64,000 nt of DNA, taken from NCBI GenBank assembly GCA_035703635.1, contig DASSXV010000052.1, forward strand, positions 28,104-92,103, read 5' to 3'. Position numbers and translations under genes: made by a program. This DNA is from Trueperaceae bacterium (GTDB lineage Bacteria > Deinococcota > Deinococci > Deinococcales > Trueperaceae). This document shows, in pieces, positions 30,528 through 42,457 of the stretch. Below the pieces are notes generated by a model. The model saw nothing but the letters and a program-made list of their open reading frames with translations, made no database searches and was not told the origin of the DNA. Positions within the stretch are counted from its first letter, which is position 1; each line of letters starts with the position of its first letter.

Positions 30528-32366
30528 ATGGCCGTCGACGCCAAGGAACAGATCAAAGACCGGCTCAACATCGCCGACGTCATCGGCGAGGTCGTTGCCC
30601 TCAAGCCTGCTGGCAGGGGCCAACTGAAGGGCCTCTGCCCATTCCACGGCGAGAAGACCCCAAGCTTCCACGTCCACGCTGACAGGGGTTTCTTCTACTG
30701 CTTCGGTTGCCATGCGAAGGGCGACGTCTTCGACTTCGTCATGCGCACGCAGTCGCTGAGTTTCCCGGACGCCATGCGCCTTCTCGGCGCGCGGGCCGGT
30801 GTGGAGGTCACGCTCGGGTCGGCCAACGAGCCGCACAGGCGCGACTTGTATGACGTGAACCAACTAGCCCTCGACTACTTCCGGTCGCACCTCAGCGGCG
30901 CGCCCCTCGATTACTTGACGGGCCGCGCCTTGACGGCGGACACCATCGCCGCCTTCGAGTTGGGTTACGCCCCGAGCGGTTGGGACGGGCTCTTACAGCA
31001 CGCGCTGACCAAAGGGGTGCGCGAGGACGACCTCGTTACCCTCGGGCTCGTCGTCGAGAACGAACGCGGTAGGCGCTACGACAGGTTCAGGGACCGCATC
31101 ATGTTCCCCATCCGCGACGGCCTCTCGCGCTTGGTGGGGTTCGCCGGGCGCGTCATGGACGGTTCGCTGCCCAAGTACGTCAACAGTCCGGAGTCCGAGC
31201 TATTCAAGAAGGGCGAGCTGCTCTACGCCCTAGACAAGGCCCGCGCAGACATCAGGCGCACGGGTGAGGTGGTGGTGGTCGAGGGCTACATGGACGTCAT
31301 CGCCCTCCATCAAGTGGGCGTGCGCAACGCTGTCGCCGCCCTCGGCGCCACTCTCACGTCCGAGCAGGGCGATGCCCTCACGCGCCTCGACGCCCACTCG
31401 GTCAAGCTCGCGTTCGATGCGGACGAGGCCGGGCAACGCGCCGTGCTCGCCGGCCTCGACCAGGCGGTCGGCCGCACCTTCGTCGTTAGCGCGGTCAGCG
31501 TGCCGTTCGGCAAGGACCCAGCTGAGGCCGTGCTAGGCGGACACTTGGATGAGTTCCGGCAAGCGCTGGCACGGGGCGTCAGCGAGGTCGAGTTCCGCTT
31601 CAACCGCGTGCTCGAGCGGCACGACAAGTCGACGGTCGAGGGCCAGCGCGCCGTGCTCGAGGAACTGCAGGGCGTATTGCGCCCGCGCGCCGTCTTCGAC
31701 CCGGTGGCGAGCGAGATGCGGCGCCTCGTCGTCGAGCACCTCGGCATCGACGTGGCAAGGCTAGATGACTGGCTGGCTAGCAAAGCGCGGCGGGCGCCAA
31801 CGCCGACGGAGATGCGCGGCTTGCAGCGCCAACGCACGGAGCTTGGGCAGGCGCGGCGCCTCGAGTTCGAGGTCGTCGCGCTGCTCCTCATGGAACCGCG
31901 TGCGTTGCGCGAGCGGCTCGAGCAAGTCGTGGCGGGCCTGCCGGACGGCGCCGAGGACTCAGCACTGCGAGAGTTCGAACGCTACTGCCTGCAGGCTAAC
32001 TACGACACTACCGCCGTACTAGCGGTTTACCAACAACACGAGGAGGGTGCGTTAGTGCTCGAGCGCTTGCTGCGCGCTGATGCAGAGGAGGAGGGCCGCA
32101 TCGACGTCGAGGACCAGTTGATGAAGAGCATGTCGCGGTTACGCGAGGTGAGCCTCGAGGAGCAGAAGGAGCAGGGGAGGGCGCGCCTGTTGGCGCGGCG
32201 CGCAGAGTTGGCTCGCGACCTTGCGGACAAGGGCGAGGACGACGAGGGCCTCACGGACCTGTATGGCGAACTGCAAGAGATCCAGGGCGTGCTGGCGGCG
32301 CGTGACGCCGAGCGTAGGCTGAGGGTCCCGCAGTCGTTCACGAAGCAACGTAAACGGCGCGGTTGA
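30528..32366 (+). CDS. dnaG: DNA primase
   Basis: Zinc finger CPFHGEKTPSF...CFGC, DRFRDRIMFPI, PKYVNSPES, and TOPRIM motifs VEGYMDV and FDADEAG. Confidence 0.97.
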   Translation: MAVDAKEQIKDRLNIADVIGEVVALKPAGRGQLKGLCPFHGEKTPSFHVHADRGFFYCFGCHAKGDVFDFVMRTQSLSFPDAMRLLGARAGVEVTLGSANEPHRRDLYDVNQLALDYFRSHLSGAPLDYLTGRALTADTIAAFELGYAPSGWDGLLQHALTKGVREDDLVTLGLVVENERGRRYDRFRDRIMFPIRDGLSRLVGFAGRVMDGSLPKYVNSPESELFKKGELLYALDKARADIRRTGEVVVVEGYMDVIALHQVGVRNAVAALGATLTSEQGDALTRLDAHSVKLAFDADEAGQRAVLAGLDQAVGRTFVVSAVSVPFGKDPAEAVLGGHLDEFRQALARGVSEVEFRFNRVLERHDKSTVEGQRAVLEELQGVLRPRAVFDPVASEMRRLVVEHLGIDVARLDDWLASKARRAPTPTEMRGLQRQRTELGQARRLEFEVVALLLMEPRALRERLEQVVAGLPDGAEDSALREFERYCLQANYDTTAVLAVYQQHEEGALVLERLLRADAEEEGRIDVEDQLMKSMSRLREVSLEEQKEQGRARLLARRAELARDLADKGEDDEGLTDLYGELQEIQGVLAARDAERRLRVPQSFTKQRKRRG

Positions 32367-32473
32367 GGGGCCGTTCTTGAGGGTATCGTGAGGCGATCTC
32401 GTGGTGTCGAGTTGCGGGAGCTCACTCTGCGAGGCGTTGTGCGCTGTTACCTGGTCGGGACGAATGTCCTTGA

Positions 32474-32502
32474 TTGACACCCCCAGATTGCCTTGGTATG
32501 TT
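32474..32502 (+). promoter_or_regulatory. Sigma-A/70 promoter of the V/A-ATPase operon
   Basis: TTGACA (32474-32479), 17-nt spacer, TATGTT (32497-32502) with an extended TG. About 135 nt upstream of the first ATPase gene. Confidence 0.75.
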
Positions 32503-32641
32503 TGGGCGGAAACGCGTCAGGGGCGCTATTTTGCCGCACAACCGCGTTCTGAAGTAGCAGGTAATTGAAACGAACGATCCCGACGACATCAGGCCCCAAC
32601 GAAGGTCCCGGTGTTGACGTGTGTGACGGAAGGAGGGCCGC

Positions 32642-32962
32642 TTGGAAGCTCAAGGAGAACGACTGCTCCAAGACCTAGTCACCCAGGAGAAGAACCTGGT
32701 GCGCAAGGTCGAGGAAGCCAAGGCTAAAGCGAAAGCCGAACTCGATCAGGCTACGGCGGACGCCGCTAAGCTCGTCGAGGAGGCCAAAGCGCGTGCCGAG
32801 GCTGCCGCTAAGCGCGACATAGCCGCCGCCGCCAAGGAGGCGGAGGACGCCCGCGAAGCCATCGTGCGTAGCGCCCGCGAGGGCGCAGAACTATTGCGCG
32901 ATAAGGCAAGGAACAACAGTGAGCGCGCCGTGGCTGCGGTCCTGGAGAAGGTCCTGCCATGA
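32642..32962 (+). CDS. V/A-type ATP synthase subunit G/H (peripheral stalk)
   Basis: Ala/Glu/Lys-rich coiled coil, first gene of the operon. SD AAGGAGG and TTG start. Confidence 0.85.
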   Translation: MEAQGERLLQDLVTQEKNLVRKVEEAKAKAKAELDQATADAAKLVEEAKARAEAAAKRDIAAAAKEAEDAREAIVRSAREGAELLRDKARNNSERAVAAVLEKVLP

Positions 32963-34947
32963 TCGCCACGATGGACCAGGTGGTGGTGGTCGGTCGGCGC
33001 AGCCGCGCCAAGGAAGTACTGACCAGCCTCCAGAACCTGGGCGTCGTCCAGGTAGATGCGCTCGATCCGGACGGTTCGCAAGACGCTGTCAAGCGACTGA
33101 AGCTCGCCGGCGCCGACCTCGAGGCGAAGGAGAGCTGGGATCGCCTGGTGGCGCGCTCGCGCTCGTTGCTCGCCGAACTCGGTGTTGACGCGGACGCGCA
33201 GGCGCGCGTCGAGGTCGGCGCCGACCCGGTCGCCATCGAGCGTGACCTCGGCCAAGTAGCCGAGCAAGTCGAACGCCTCGTCGCGGAACGCGGTGAGCTG
33301 ACGGACGAGCTCGAACTCATCAAGACCTACCAGCCGCTCCTACGCGACCTCGCCCCCCTCCAGGGTCCCCTCGATGACGCCAAGTACCTGCGGGGCGTGG
33401 CGTTCTTCATCGAAGACGGCGGCCTCGAGAAGATCGCTCCGAAGGTCACCGACGAGCTGGGGGGCGCCGTCGAGTTCGTCAGCCGGCCGTTCCGCAACGG
33501 ACGCCTCGTCGTCGCCGTCACGTTGGCTGGCCGCGCTGCCGACCTGCGCAGCGCGCTCGGCAAGGCGGGCGTATCCGAGATCGTGCTGCCTGACAGTTAC
33601 GCTCACCAGGGCGTTGCCAAGGCCGCGCACATGATGGAGGAGCGCGCTCGGGTCCTACCTCAGCGCCTCGACGCCATCAAGGCCGACCTTGCCAAGGTCG
33701 CCGGGCAGCAAGGCGCGCGCCTCGCCTCCCTCGACCGCGTTGCTCGCAACCACCAGGAGCGCTACGCGCGCTATCAGGACCTCGCCGAGGGCCGCTACGG
33801 TTTCGCCATGCAGGGCTGGGTGCCAACGAGCGACAAGGACAACGTCGTTGCCTCGCTCACCAAGCAGTTCGGCCCAGACATCGTGCTGAGCACGCGCGCG
33901 GCCGACGCCCACCACGACAAGGGCGTGCCTGTCAAGTTCGAGAACCCCGCGTGGGTGCGGCCGTTCACCGGTCTGCTCGCGCTCTTCGCGCCGCCCAAGT
34001 ACGGCAGTTTCGACCCGTCGTGGACCCTCGCCGTGTTCTTCCCACTCTTCTTCGGGTTGGTCGTCGGCGACATGGGCTATGGCCTGCTGTTCGCCGGCAT
34101 CGCCACCCTCTTGCGCAAGCGCGGGGCGGCGGGCAAGAAGCTCGACCTCGGGCCGCTGAACATCGTCGTGCCAGCGGCGGCGCTCAAGCCCATCAGCACC
34201 GTCATCTACTGGTGCGCCGCCTGGGCCTTCGTGTGGGGCTTCTTGTTCGGTGAGTTCTTCGGCAACGTCCTCGAGCGCTTCCCGGCAGGGCGCCCGGTGT
34301 TCTACACCACCCTGCACCATGAAGCCGGGTATGGCCTCATCAACATCCCGCTCTTCCGCGTCGAGGTGTTCACGCCCCTGCTGCTCCTTAGCATCGGCTT
34401 CGGCGTGCTGCAGGTGATCGGCGGCTGGCTGATCCGGGTCATCTTCGGCTTGAGGCACCACGACATGCGACACGTCTACGAAGGCATCGGCATGGCTTCA
34501 GGCTTGGCCGCCATCGTGCTGTTCGCCTGGGCGTTCCTCAACAGCTCGCTTACCCCGCTGGTCACGGGCCTCGTCGCGGTTGGGTTCCTCGTGTTCCTGG
34601 TTTGCACGGTCCTCGCCAAGATGCCGCTCATGCTCGTCGAGCTGATCTCGAACTCTGGCAACATCCTCAGTTACCTTCGACTTTTCGCGGTGGGCCTCTC
34701 CGCCGCACTGGTGGCTAACCTGTCCACCAACCTGGGCTTCGCGATCGCAGGCACCCTGCCGGTGATCGGCCCCATCCTCGGCATCGCCGTGGGTCTGGCC
34801 GTCCACCTGACCGCGATAACCCTTACGATCATTGGACATACGCTGCAGCCTTTGCGTTTGCAGTATGTCGAGTTCTTCACCAAGTTCGGCTTCTACGATG
34901 AAAGCGGCCGACCGTACAGACCGTTCAAGCTCCTAGGAGGAAAGTAA
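32959..34947 (+). CDS. atpI: V/A-type ATP synthase subunit I
   Basis: Motifs QGWVP, PKYGSFDPS, FFGLVVGDMGYG, SYLRLFAVGL and LRLQYVEFFTKF. Confidence 0.95.
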   Translation: MIATMDQVVVVGRRSRAKEVLTSLQNLGVVQVDALDPDGSQDAVKRLKLAGADLEAKESWDRLVARSRSLLAELGVDADAQARVEVGADPVAIERDLGQVAEQVERLVAERGELTDELELIKTYQPLLRDLAPLQGPLDDAKYLRGVAFFIEDGGLEKIAPKVTDELGGAVEFVSRPFRNGRLVVAVTLAGRAADLRSALGKAGVSEIVLPDSYAHQGVAKAAHMMEERARVLPQRLDAIKADLAKVAGQQGARLASLDRVARNHQERYARYQDLAEGRYGFAMQGWVPTSDKDNVVASLTKQFGPDIVLSTRAADAHHDKGVPVKFENPAWVRPFTGLLALFAPPKYGSFDPSWTLAVFFPLFFGLVVGDMGYGLLFAGIATLLRKRGAAGKKLDLGPLNIVVPAAALKPISTVIYWCAAWAFVWGFLFGEFFGNVLERFPAGRPVFYTTLHHEAGYGLINIPLFRVEVFTPLLLLSIGFGVLQVIGGWLIRVIFGLRHHDMRHVYEGIGMASGLAAIVLFAWAFLNSSLTPLVTGLVAVGFLVFLVCTVLAKMPLMLVELISNSGNILSYLRLFAVGLSAALVANLSTNLGFAIAGTLPVIGPILGIAVGLAVHLTAITLTIIGHTLQPLRLQYVEFFTKFGFYDESGRPYRPFKLLGGK

Positions 34948-35258
34948 TGAGTAAAGCAGTTCGCGTTCTCTCGGCAGTCTCCCTGTTCGCCCTCGTCGGT
35001 GCGGTGGCCTTCGCCCAGTCCGCTGGCGGCCCTGGCATCGGTGCCGGTCTTATCGCCCTCGGCGCTGGTCTAGCCATCGGCCTCTCCGCCATCGCCGTGG
35101 CCATCGCCCAGGCCGCCATCGGTAGCGCAGGCGCCGGCCTCCTCGCGGAGCGCCCTGAGGCCTTCGGTCAGGTCCTGATCTACCTCGTCATTCCAGAGAC
35201 GCTCATCATCTTCGGCTTCGTCATCGCGTTCTTCCTGAACAACCAGATCGGCGGATAA
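34947..35258 (+). CDS. atpK: V/A-type ATP synthase proteolipid subunit K/L (c)
   Basis: Two-TM hairpin with the carboxylate in IPETLIIFG, preceded by an N-terminal leader. Confidence 0.93.
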   Translation: MSKAVRVLSAVSLFALVGAVAFAQSAGGPGIGAGLIALGAGLAIGLSAIAVAIAQAAIGSAGAGLLAERPEAFGQVLIYLVIPETLIIFGFVIAFFLNNQIGG

Positions 35259-35260
35259 GC

Positions 35261-35851
35261 GTGGCTGATCTTTCGGCTCTGCTCGAGAAAGAGGCGAGCA
35301 CCGAGATCGAGACCATCCTCTCCGAGGCGCGGAAACGCGCCTCGGAGATCGTCGCAAACGCCAAGGCCGAGGCTAAGGCCTTAGAGGCGAGCCGTGCCCG
35401 CGCCGTCAAGGGCATGGGCGAGGCAACGCTGGTACGCGCCAAGTCGGCAGCGCAACTTGAAGCGTCGTCACTGCGGCTTAACGCCCAGCACGACGGCGTC
35501 CAAGGCGTCTTCGACAACGCCCGCGCTAAGCTCGACCAGCTCGCAAGCGACCCGATAGGTTACGTTCCCGTGTTCACCAAACTGCTATCCGAGGCCGTCG
35601 CAGGCGCGGGCAGCCAGGCGCCCCTCGCCGTCGTCGTGGCGCCGCAGGACCGCGCCGTGGCGGAAGACGCCGTCAAGTCCTCTGGCCTAAACGTCCCGGT
35701 CGAAACGGCAGACGACGTTAAGGGTGGAGTGCGCATCCGCACCGCCAACCGCAGCGTCATCGAGAACACCCTCTACGGTCGGCTCGACGCGCTGCGTAAC
35801 GAGCTTGCCTCGGAGGTCTCGACGGCGCTGTTCGGCGCCAAGGCAGGTTGA
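35261..35851 (+). CDS. atpE: V/A-type ATP synthase subunit E
   Basis: N-terminal coiled coil and C-terminal GGVRI...IENTLYGRL; operon position. Confidence 0.9.
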   Translation: MADLSALLEKEASTEIETILSEARKRASEIVANAKAEAKALEASRARAVKGMGEATLVRAKSAAQLEASSLRLNAQHDGVQGVFDNARAKLDQLASDPIGYVPVFTKLLSEAVAGAGSQAPLAVVVAPQDRAVAEDAVKSSGLNVPVETADDVKGGVRIRTANRSVIENTLYGRLDALRNELASEVSTALFGAKAG

Positions 35852-35857
35852 GGCGTC

Positions 35858-36883
35858 ATGTCCAGTGATTACGGCTACATCAACGCGCGCGTGCGCGGGA
35901 TGAAGGCGAAGCTCCTGGGCTCCTCCTTCTACCAGGCGGCGCTCGACGCGACCGACTTCCGCGCCTTCACCGCCAGCCTCGCGCAGACGCCCTACATGCG
36001 TGAGCTGGAGGAAGCGCAGGCCCGCGGCTCCGGCCTCGGTGCCGTCGACCAGGCCGTCGCGCGCAACGTGTACCACACGGCGCACGGCCTCTTGACGTTC
36101 GCTGACGGTCGCCCGCGCGAACTCATCGGCATGCTGCTCATGCGCTTCGACCTTGCGAACGTCAAGGCCATCGCGCGCGGCAAGCACGCGGGCAAGAGCC
36201 TAGAAGAGATCCAAGGTTCGCTCTTCCCGGCAGGCGAGCTCAAGCCAACGCTACTTGACCAGGCGGCCGTCGCTAGCGACATGTCCGCGGCAGCTCAAGT
36301 GCTCGCCATCGCCCACACGGAAGTAACCACGGCCTTCCTGAAGGCCGCGCGGCGTTACCAGAACGACCTCGATCTCTACGCGCTCGAAGTCAGCCTCGAT
36401 CAGGCTTACTACGCTGCGGTGCTCTCGCGCGCGGACGCGGCTCACGCCCCGGCCGGGCTCAAGCGCTACTTGCAACGTGAGATCGACGGCACCAACCTGC
36501 GCACGGCCCTCAAAGTACGCGGCGTCGGCGCGCAGGCGGCCGCCGAACTGTTCGTTCCCGGTGGCCGCGAGATCAAGCGCTCCGCCTTCGACGCCATCGT
36601 CAACGACACCGACGGCAGCGCACTGGCTGCGCTAGCTGGCGGCACCTTCGCCGCGGCGGCCGCCGCCGCGGCAGGCGGCAGCCTCAGCGACGCGGACGCC
36701 GAGATCCGCAAGGTCCTCGACGCTGACGCCCACAGGCTCTCCCTCGACCCCCTCGACATCGGCGTAGTAGTCGACTACTTGAGGCGCAAGGAAGCCGAAG
36801 CGGCGCACCTGCGCCTACTCGCTCGCGGCAAGTTCTACGGCGTGCCGCGCGAGGCGCTCGAGAAGGAGCTCGCGCATGCCTAA
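35858..36883 (+). CDS. atpC: V/A-type ATP synthase subunit C
   Basis: Motifs DYGYINARVRGM, DLANVK, EID.TNL and LRLLARG. Confidence 0.92.
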   Translation: MSSDYGYINARVRGMKAKLLGSSFYQAALDATDFRAFTASLAQTPYMRELEEAQARGSGLGAVDQAVARNVYHTAHGLLTFADGRPRELIGMLLMRFDLANVKAIARGKHAGKSLEEIQGSLFPAGELKPTLLDQAAVASDMSAAAQVLAIAHTEVTTAFLKAARRYQNDLDLYALEVSLDQAYYAAVLSRADAAHAPAGLKRYLQREIDGTNLRTALKVRGVGAQAAAELFVPGGREIKRSAFDAIVNDTDGSALAALAGGTFAAAAAAAAGGSLSDADAEIRKVLDADAHRLSLDPLDIGVVVDYLRRKEAEAAHLRLLARGKFYGVPREALEKELAHA

Positions 36884-37202
36884 GTTGGTCGTGCTCACCG
36901 ACGCGGAGACGGCCATCGGCTACCGCCTCGCCGGGGTAGAGGTACGCACCAGCGTGCCGAGCGAAGCCGTCCGCGCCCTAGACGACATCATCCACGAGGA
37001 CGCTTACGGCCTGGTGGTGGTCGACGAGGGCCTCATCCACGACCCCGTCAAGGCCAGCGAGCGCGCCATGCGCGGCCGTGACCTGCCAGTGCTCTTGAGC
37101 GTGCCCAGCCTGGGTGCCGCCTTCGGCGCTAGCGACGACGCCGTAACTTACATGAAGGACTTGGTGCGGAGCGCGATCGGCTTCGACATCAAGCTGGAAT
37201 AG
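36876..37202 (+). CDS. atpF: V/A-type ATP synthase subunit F
   Basis: [13 protein letters not shown] and C-terminal [12 protein letters not shown]. Confidence 0.93.
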   Translation: MPKLVVLTDAETAIGYRLAGVEVRTSVPSEAVRALDDIIHEDAYGLVVVDEGLIHDPVKASERAMRGRDLPVLLSVPSLGAAFGASDDAVTYMKDLVRSAIGFDIKLE

Positions 37203-37213
37203 CAGGAGAGATA

Positions 37214-38953
<1,740 letters not shown>

Positions 38954-38966
38954 GGCTAGGAGTGAG

Positions 38967-40391
38967 ATGAGCAGCAACCTACTCAAGAAGGTCTACAGCG
39001 AGGTCAGCTACGTTTCAGGACCGCTGCTGTTCCTCCAGAACGCACCTGAGCTGTCGTACAACGCCATCGTCCAGATCAAGGACGGCAACGGGCGCTTGCG
39101 CGGCGGGCAGGTCATCGAGGTGTCGAAGGAGTTCACGGTCCTGCAGGTCTTCGAGGAGACCTCTGGCATCGACCTCTCAAGCACCACCGTCAGCCTCGTC
39201 GAGAACGTCGCGCGCTTGGGCGTGGCGCGCGAGATGATCGGCAGGCGCTTCAACGGTGCGGGCAACCCGATCGACGGCTTGCCTGCAGTGGTGGCAGACA
39301 AGCGCCTTCCCATCGGCGGGGCGCCGATCAACCCGGTCGCGCGCCGCAAGCCGGAAGAGTTCATCCAGACCGGCGTGTCAACCATCGACAGTCTCATCAG
39401 CCTCGTTCGTGGCCAGAAGCTCCCGATCTTCTCCGGCTCGGGCCTCCCGGCTAACGAACTCGCCGCGCAGATCGCGCGGCAGGCGACCGTCATCGGGGAA
39501 GACACCGAGTTCGCCGTCGTCTTCGCCGCCATGGGCGTAACGCAGCGCGAGCTGACGTTCTTCACGCAAGAGTTCGAACGCACAGGCGCCCTCGCGCGTT
39601 CCGTGCTGTTCCTCAACAAGGCAGACGACCCGGCCGTAGAACGCCTCCTCACCCCGAAGATGGCGCTGACGGCGGCCGAGTACTTGGCCTTCGAGCAGGG
39701 TTATCACGTGCTCGTCATCCTCACGGACATGACCAACTATTGCGAGGCCCTCCGCGAGATCGGCGGCGCCCGCGAAGAGATCCCCGGTCGCCGTGGTTAC
39801 CCCGGCTACATGTACACGGACCTCGCATCCATCTACGAGCGCGCAGGCGTCGTCGAGGGCCTCAAGGGCTCCATCACGCAGCTGCCGATCCTCACGATGC
39901 CTGACGACGACGTCACGCACCCGATCCCTGACCTCACGGGCTACATCACGGAAGGTCAGATCTACCTGGCGCGCGCCCTGCACAACAAGGGTGTGTACCC
40001 CCCGATCAACCCGGGCCCGTCGCTCAGCCGCCTCATGAACAACGGCATCGGCGAAGGCAAGACGCGTAAGGACCACAAGAACGTCGCCGACCAGCTACAG
40101 GCCGCCTACGCCAACGGGCTCGACCTGCGGCGCCTCGTGGCTATCACGGGTGAGGACGCGCTCTCCGAGAACGACAAGCTCTACCTGAAGTTCGCGGACG
40201 AGTTCGAGAAGAACTTCATCAACCAAGGTAGCGAGAACCGCTCGATCGAGGACTCGCTCTCCATCGCGTGGGCCATCCTCTCGCAGCTCCCGAAGAGCGA
40301 GCTGACGCGCCTCTCCAACGACCAGATAGACAAGTACTACGGCGCCAAGATGGACGAGCTGTGGGGCGCCGCTCGCAGAGACCAGATCTGA
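38967..40391 (+). CDS. atpB: V/A-type ATP synthase subunit B
   Basis: [40 protein letters not shown] and PSLSRLM. Confidence 0.98.
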   Translation: MSSNLLKKVYSEVSYVSGPLLFLQNAPELSYNAIVQIKDGNGRLRGGQVIEVSKEFTVLQVFEETSGIDLSSTTVSLVENVARLGVAREMIGRRFNGAGNPIDGLPAVVADKRLPIGGAPINPVARRKPEEFIQTGVSTIDSLISLVRGQKLPIFSGSGLPANELAAQIARQATVIGEDTEFAVVFAAMGVTQRELTFFTQEFERTGALARSVLFLNKADDPAVERLLTPKMALTAAEYLAFEQGYHVLVILTDMTNYCEALREIGGAREEIPGRRGYPGYMYTDLASIYERAGVVEGLKGSITQLPILTMPDDDVTHPIPDLTGYITEGQIYLARALHNKGVYPPINPGPSLSRLMNNGIGEGKTRKDHKNVADQLQAAYANGLDLRRLVAITGEDALSENDKLYLKFADEFEKNFINQGSENRSIEDSLSIAWAILSQLPKSELTRLSNDQIDKYYGAKMDELWGAARRDQI

Positions 40392-40408
40392 CGTGAGGGA
40401 GGTAGGCC

Positions 40409-41071
40409 ATGGCTGAGAACATCGCTCCGACTAGATCCAACCTCCTGCAGAGGCGCGACCAGGTCAAGCTTGCCATCCGTGGCGCTGACCTGCTCAAGCG
40501 CAAGCGGGACGCCCTCGTCGGTGAGTTCTTCGCGCTCGTCAAGTCCTCACTCGAGGCGCGCCGCGACCTGTCGCGTATTAGCCGCGAGGCGTACTTCGCG
40601 CTGTTCCTCGCCAATGCCTGGGACGGCCCTGAGGCCGTCGGCAGCTTGGCTCTCGCCCAGCAAGGCGAACTCGAGATCTCGTTGAAGATGGAGAACATCT
40701 TCGGCGTCAAGGTCCCGCAGGTGCTGCCGCCGACATTCGACGAGTCGTTACCGTTCTCGCCAGTGACGGCGGGAGCATCCACCCTCGAGGCCGCCAAGCA
40801 GTTCCGCAAGCTCGTCGAGGCCATCGTCAGGGTGGCAGCGACCGAGACGCGGCTGCGCAAGATCGGCGAGGAGATCAAGAAGACGAACAGGCGCGTGAAC
40901 GCGCTGGAACAGCTCGTCATCCCCGGCATCAACTACGAGATAAGGCACATCCGCAGCGTGCTCGATCAGCGCGCGCTCGAAGAGGTGACGGTCCTCAAAC
41001 GCATCAAGGCCAAGCTTCAAGCGCGCGATGAAGCGCGCGATGAAGCTCATGCGGAGGCCGCGAGGGCCTAG
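40409..41071 (+). CDS. atpD: V/A-type ATP synthase subunit D
   Basis: Motifs PTRSNL, LLKRKRDAL and EIKKTNRRVNALE..IP. Confidence 0.96.
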   Translation: MAENIAPTRSNLLQRRDQVKLAIRGADLLKRKRDALVGEFFALVKSSLEARRDLSRISREAYFALFLANAWDGPEAVGSLALAQQGELEISLKMENIFGVKVPQVLPPTFDESLPFSPVTAGASTLEAAKQFRKLVEAIVRVAATETRLRKIGEEIKKTNRRVNALEQLVIPGINYEIRHIRSVLDQRALEEVTVLKRIKAKLQARDEARDEAHAEAARA

Positions 41072-41106
41072 GCAGTCCAACCAGGTGCGTTAGCACCAGC
41101 GAGCCT

Positions 41107-41148
41107 CGCGCCGAGCGCCCCCCCAGGGGGCGCTCGGCGCGTTCAGTT
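41107..41148 (+). terminator. Probable intrinsic terminator of the ATPase operon
   Basis: Perfect 16-bp inverted repeat CGCGCCGAGCGCCCCC-cca-GGGGGCGCTCGGCGCG followed by TTCAGTT, 35 nt after the atpD stop. Confidence 0.75.
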
Positions 41149-41207
41149 ACCCCGACTGCCAGGCCGCTTGGAGTTGCCTTTTGTGTGTACCGCGCACGCG
41201 GCGGCCT

Positions 41208-41237
41208 TTGACATGGACCAGTGCCAGCGTATACAGT
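41208..41237 (+). promoter_or_regulatory. Sigma-A/70 promoter of the aapJQMP operon
   Basis: TTGACA (41208-41213), 18-nt spacer, TACAGT (41232-41237). Confidence 0.65.
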
Positions 41238-41308
41238 CGCTCAGACCCCTTTCACTCCCTCGAAGGGGAGTCAAAATCCGATTCGCTAGTCCTCAGGAAG
41301 GTGGAGTA

Positions 41309-42334
41309 ATGTCACGTACTGTCCGCATCCTCGTCGCGCTAAGCCTATTAGTAGGTGCTAGCACTGTCTTCGCACAGGGCCGCCTGCAAGCAATCAAGGA
41401 CCGAGGAGAGCTCCGCTGCGGCGTCAACGCCAACCTCCCCGGCTTCGGTTACGTGGATTCCGCTGGTGATTACCAGGGCTTCGACGTCGATTTCTGCCGC
41501 GCCATCGCTGCCGCCGTCTTCGGCGACGCATCCAAGGTCGTTTACCGCCCTCTGACCGCCGGCGAGCGCCCAACCGCCCTGCAATCTGGTGAGATCGACG
41601 TGCTGATCAGGAACACCACGCGCACCAGCATCCGCGAGACCGACTGGGGCGCCAACTTCGCTCCCACTACCTACTACGACGGCCAGGGCTTCATGGTGCG
41701 CAAGGACTCCGGCATCAACAGCCTGCGCGACTTCGAGGGCCGCTCAGTGTGCGTCCAGTCAGGTACCACCACCGAGACGAACCTCGGCACCACGCTCGCA
41801 GGCCTCGGCGTGCAGTTCACTCCGGTCATCTTCGAGACGGCGCCAGTGCTCATCGCCGCCTACGACGATGGCCAGTGCGACGGCTGGACGACAGACACCT
41901 CGGGTCTCGTCTCCTACCAGCAGCAGCTCCGCCAGCCTGACGATCACAAGATCCTGCCCGTCGTGATCTCCAAGGAGCCCCTCGGGCCAGCCGTCCTCCA
42001 CGGTGACGACAACTGGTACGACGTCGTCAGTTGGACCGTGTACGCGCTCTTCAACGCGGAAGAGTTCGGCGTCACGCAGGCCAACGTCGACGAGCAGCTG
42101 ATCAGCGCCAAGGATCCGCAGATCCTGCGTCTCCTCGGCGCCCCAGGTGCGGAGTCGTACGTGCAGGCCTTCGGCCTCAGCTCCAACGCCTTCTACAACG
42201 TCATCAAGGCCGTCGGTAACTACGGTGAGATCTTCGAGCGCAACCTCGGGGCCAGCTCCGTGTTCGGGCTCGAGCGCGGTCTCAACGCCCAGTACTACGA
42301 GGGTGGCCTCATCTACGGGTACCCCTTCAACTGA
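41309..42334 (+). CDS. aapJ: General L-amino acid ABC transporter substrate-binding protein
   Basis: CGVN..LPGF, GFDVDFCRAIAAA, ALQSGEIDVL.RNTT, YDGQGFMV, ISKEPLGP and VGNYGEIFERN. Start reset to ATG 41309 (SD GGAG). Confidence 0.93.
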   Translation: MSRTVRILVALSLLVGASTVFAQGRLQAIKDRGELRCGVNANLPGFGYVDSAGDYQGFDVDFCRAIAAAVFGDASKVVYRPLTAGERPTALQSGEIDVLIRNTTRTSIRETDWGANFAPTTYYDGQGFMVRKDSGINSLRDFEGRSVCVQSGTTTETNLGTTLAGLGVQFTPVIFETAPVLIAAYDDGQCDGWTTDTSGLVSYQQQLRQPDDHKILPVVISKEPLGPAVLHGDDNWYDVVSWTVYALFNAEEFGVTQANVDEQLISAKDPQILRLLGAPGAESYVQAFGLSSNAFYNVIKAVGNYGEIFERNLGASSVFGLERGLNAQYYEGGLIYGYPFN

Positions 42335-42350
42335 CCTTTAGCTAGACAGT

Positions 42351-42397
42351 GGGGCGCCTGCTCGGCGTGGTTTCAGAAACGCGCGAGCAGGCGCCTC
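42351..42397 (+). terminator. Stem-loop between aapJ and aapQ (mRNA-stabilising or attenuating)
   Basis: GGGGCGCCTGCTCG ... CGAGCAGGCGCCTC inverted repeat just after the binding-protein gene. Confidence 0.55.
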
Positions 42398-42457
42398 AGC
42401 ACTCACTAGCTGGCTAGGCGACCAAACCCTTATGACAGAACTCGCAGAATCTCTTAG

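Noticed and set aside
32503-32641. Riboswitch in the ~135-nt ATPase operon leader
   Set aside because: Only weak pairings, with no recognisable aptamer or terminator.
41021-41046. 12-nt tandem repeat at the atpD 3' end (ARDEARDE)
   Set aside because: A two-copy in-frame duplication in a variable tail; not a CRISPR array or mobile repeat.
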